Source: a virus (lineage: Duplodnaviria > Caudoviricetes). Taken from it: a DNA stretch of 36,680 bases. The DNA lies in IMG/VR virus record IMGVR_UViG_3300048577_000538, positions 1 to 36,680 of that record; one strand, written 5' to 3'. This document shows, one piece after another, positions 35,161 to 36,680 of the stretch (positions are counted from its first letter, which is position 1; every line of letters begins with the position of its first letter). The notes below the pieces were generated by a model. That model did not search any database and was not told the origin of the DNA. It saw only the letters and a list, made by a program, of their open reading frames with translations. A program made the position numbers and the translations under genes.

Positions 35161-35448
35161 CTAGGCCCTCCAGCTAGGAACGGCCTCAATGTTGGCCTGT
35201 GCGGTTTTTGTGGTTTCGATCACCTCAATAATCTCGGTGAGCGTGATGCTCGGAACCGGGATAGCGAATTTGCAGTCTGACGCGTTTTTCACTCCAGACA
35301 CCGCAAGCTCCGAGAGCGATGCAGCACCAGACCAGCGCCAAATGCGTATCGCGTTTTTCAATACGCCTTCTTTTCCCTTGCGGGAGACCAGCGTTCCAAA
35401 GAACACGCCAGCCGAATATGTGCGGACAATAACCTTTTGGTTTCTCAT
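35161..35448 (-). CDS. Sm/LSm-like fold protein (DUF6948-like)
   Basis: KVIVRTYSAGVFFGTL...LKNAIRIWRWSGAASLSELA..GV...IIEVI; AGGAG RBS; start reassigned to 35448. Confidence 0.8.
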   Translation of the reverse strand: MRNQKVIVRTYSAGVFFGTLVSRKGKEGVLKNAIRIWRWSGAASLSELAVSGVKNASDCKFAIPVPSITLTEIIEVIETTKTAQANIEAVPSWRA

Positions 35449-35464
35449 GGTGGTTTTTACTCCT

Positions 35465-35660
35465 GAAATTAACCCGCCCGTTCCAAAGCTTCCCAAAGCC
35501 GGGCGGGGTTCCGAGAACACGCTCGGCGCGTTTTCCGTAGGGAAATTGTACGTATCACTATTTACGATACACTAAAATTGTCTCTCGCCGCCGCTTTGCC
35601 CCAGCCCGACGGCGAGAGGTTTTGCCCCAAAGAACAGCCCAAGTTCGCGGCCTTGGTTGC
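35465..35660 (-). ncRNA. Candidate structured RNA leader (series of stem-loops)
   Basis: Stems 35471-35510, 35511-35526, 35582-35618 (12 bp, needs a G-U pair on the - strand) and 35639-35656. Confidence 0.4.
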
Positions 35661-35667
35661 CAGAAGC

Positions 35668-35793
35668 TCAGTCCTCCTCGTCCTGCTCGGTGCGCGGGGA
35701 CATGATTCCGAAAACGATCATGGCGATAAGGAACAGCGGCAGAATCGCCGCGACGCGGAGCCAATAAAGGGTGTCGAGTATCAAGGTTTTCAT
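35668..35793 (-). CDS. 41-aa single-TM peptide (MKTLILDTLYWLRVAAILPLFLIAMIVFGIMSPRTEQDEED)
   Basis: Hand translation; one clear TM segment and an acidic tail; below the ORF-track cutoff. Confidence 0.55.
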   Translation of the reverse strand: MKTLILDTLYWLRVAAILPLFLIAMIVFGIMSPRTEQDEED

Positions 35794-35861
35794 TACGTTA
35801 TTTGGGGGTGAAAATTAGTCCCGATATTCATGAGAACCGTCGGGCCGCGCGGTTCTCCGGC

Positions 35862-36134
35862 TCACTGCGCGGAAATTGGTTTGCCTTCGGCGAAGGACTT
35901 GAGCTGGGAGATGGGCCAGAGGGTGAGCCCCCGAATATCCTTTACAGGCCTCAGCTTCCCCCGTGTGGCCAAATCGAACAACGTGTAGCGCGAGATATTA
36001 CCCAGTAGTTTGCACGCGGTTTTTGTATCCACACACAGGGGATCTTCTGAGTTTTTCGCGCTCGCCTTTGGCATTCTTGCCACGACCGCAGACGCAATTG
36101 CGTCGATATCCTCGGCTGAGAGTGTGATATTCAT
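35862..36134 (-). CDS. Excisionase-like / AlpA-like HTH protein
   Basis: LSAEDIDAIASAVVA N-terminus; TKTACKLLGNISRYTLFDLATRGKLRP HTH_17 pattern; ATGA overlap. Confidence 0.8.
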   Translation of the reverse strand: MNITLSAEDIDAIASAVVARMPKASAKNSEDPLCVDTKTACKLLGNISRYTLFDLATRGKLRPVKDIRGLTLWPISQLKSFAEGKPISAQ

Positions 36135-36331
36135 GCCGCGACCTTTGCTCTTGCCGCTAATGAGCGGCGGACGAGCTTTGTGAGCTGAATTCTGACCCAT
36201 GCCGCGACCTTCCGATTATCCTTTGCTGCGATTTCTGCGATTCCAGCCCTCAGCGCTCGCGGCATAGGGACCGAAACCACGACGACCCCGTCCGCCCTTT
36301 TTCCGTGTCTGCTGCCTGTTACTTGGTTCAT
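36131..36331 (-). CDS. Ribbon-helix-helix protein in the Cro position
   Basis: VVVSVPMPRALRAGIAEIAAKDNRKVAAWVRIQL; first gene of the lytic-direction operon; C-terminus KVAA. Confidence 0.8.
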   Translation of the reverse strand: MNQVTGSRHGKRADGVVVVSVPMPRALRAGIAEIAAKDNRKVAAWVRIQLTKLVRRSLAARAKVAA

Positions 36332-36406
36332 GATGTACTGCGAAGACATATCTCGTAGTACATCATTGCAAGTGTGAATTGCATTTTGCGTACGGTGTAG
36401 TACACC
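36330..36406. promoter_or_regulatory. Divergent control region with three operator-like sites (core GTAGTACA)
   Basis: Inverted repeat 36330-36343 / 36353-36366 (13/14 match) and perfect palindrome GGTGTA-G-TACACC at 36394-36406. Confidence 0.7.
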
Positions 36407-36437
36407 TTTGCTCGTGAAAAATAAAAGCAGACACAAT

Positions 36438-36680
36438 ATGCGAGCGCCTGGCCAGACGGTGCTTTCCGTTCCGATGCCTAAAAAATTGCGGGACGAACTG
36501 AACGCGTTAGCCGAGAAAGATAACCGTAAGGTTGCGGCATTTATTCGGCTACATATTCAGCGGATAGTGGAGGAACAGTTAAGGGCACCGACTAAGCTGA
36601 GCTCGAAAGACCGAAAATCAACCCATGTGGTTACTCCTGATTTCCGGGAACCACCCACGGAACTCCCAAAGTCAGGATGA
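36438..36680 (+). CDS. Ribbon-helix-helix protein in the repressor (cI) position
   Basis: TVLSVPMPKKLRDELNALAEKDNRKVAAFIRLHI; divergent from its paralogue; ATG 36438. Confidence 0.8.
   Translation: MRAPGQTVLSVPMPKKLRDELNALAEKDNRKVAAFIRLHIQRIVEEQLRAPTKLSSKDRKSTHVVTPDFREPPTELPKSG

Larger units (their letters stand above)
1..36680. mobile_element. Temperate phage / prophage, lambda-like siphovirus, apparently complete
   Basis: Integrase, regulatory pair, recombination, replication, terminase, portal, protease, capsid, tail and tape measure genes all present in canonical order; no host housekeeping genes. Confidence 0.95.

Noticed and set aside
34785-35189. Alternative-frame ORFs over the microsatellite: (PEPK)n, (AEAG)n and (LR)n
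   Set aside because: Open only because the hexamer has no stop codons; only the Gly-X frame has an ATG with RBS and fits the operon
35465-35660. tRNA gene
   Set aside because: Hairpins present but no cloverleaf, T-loop GTTCRA or D-loop consensus
1-36680. Stop-codon reassignment; explicit attL/attR repeats
   Set aside because: Genes are full length in the standard code; no terminal direct repeat longer than ATGA or tRNA 3' fragment was found

Overview
The window looks like an essentially complete temperate phage or prophage of about 36.7 kb with lambda-like siphovirus organisation. Left to right: tyrosine integrase (+), a short + strand accessory cluster of small ORFs ending in two DNA-binding proteins, then one long - strand block. 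In transcription order that block holds a Cro-like RHH gene, an xis-like HTH gene, an early/recombination region, a methyltransferase, replication genes, lambda-type terminase, portal, ClpP protease and capsid, a head-proximal fibre, a membrane/lipoprotein cluster and a GTA-like tail tip. A divergent + strand RHH gene ends the window. The host cannot be determined here; the gene styles are only reminiscent of PVC-group (Verrucomicrobia) prophages. Most unusual points: (1) an apparent lysis/lysogeny switch built from two divergent paralogous ribbon-helix-helix proteins with three operator-like sites and no cI/S24 repressor; (2) a 14-bp sequence repeated exactly at the starts of three unrelated early genes, and a different 13-16-bp motif at the ends of three consecutive genes; (3) a structured leader, Sm-like gene and hexamer-microsatellite GSGFG protein in one module; (4) an acr/aca-like small-gene cluster beside the integrase; (5) a lysis-like cassette with no recognisable endolysin. 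All family calls come from motif recognition by eye, not database searches.
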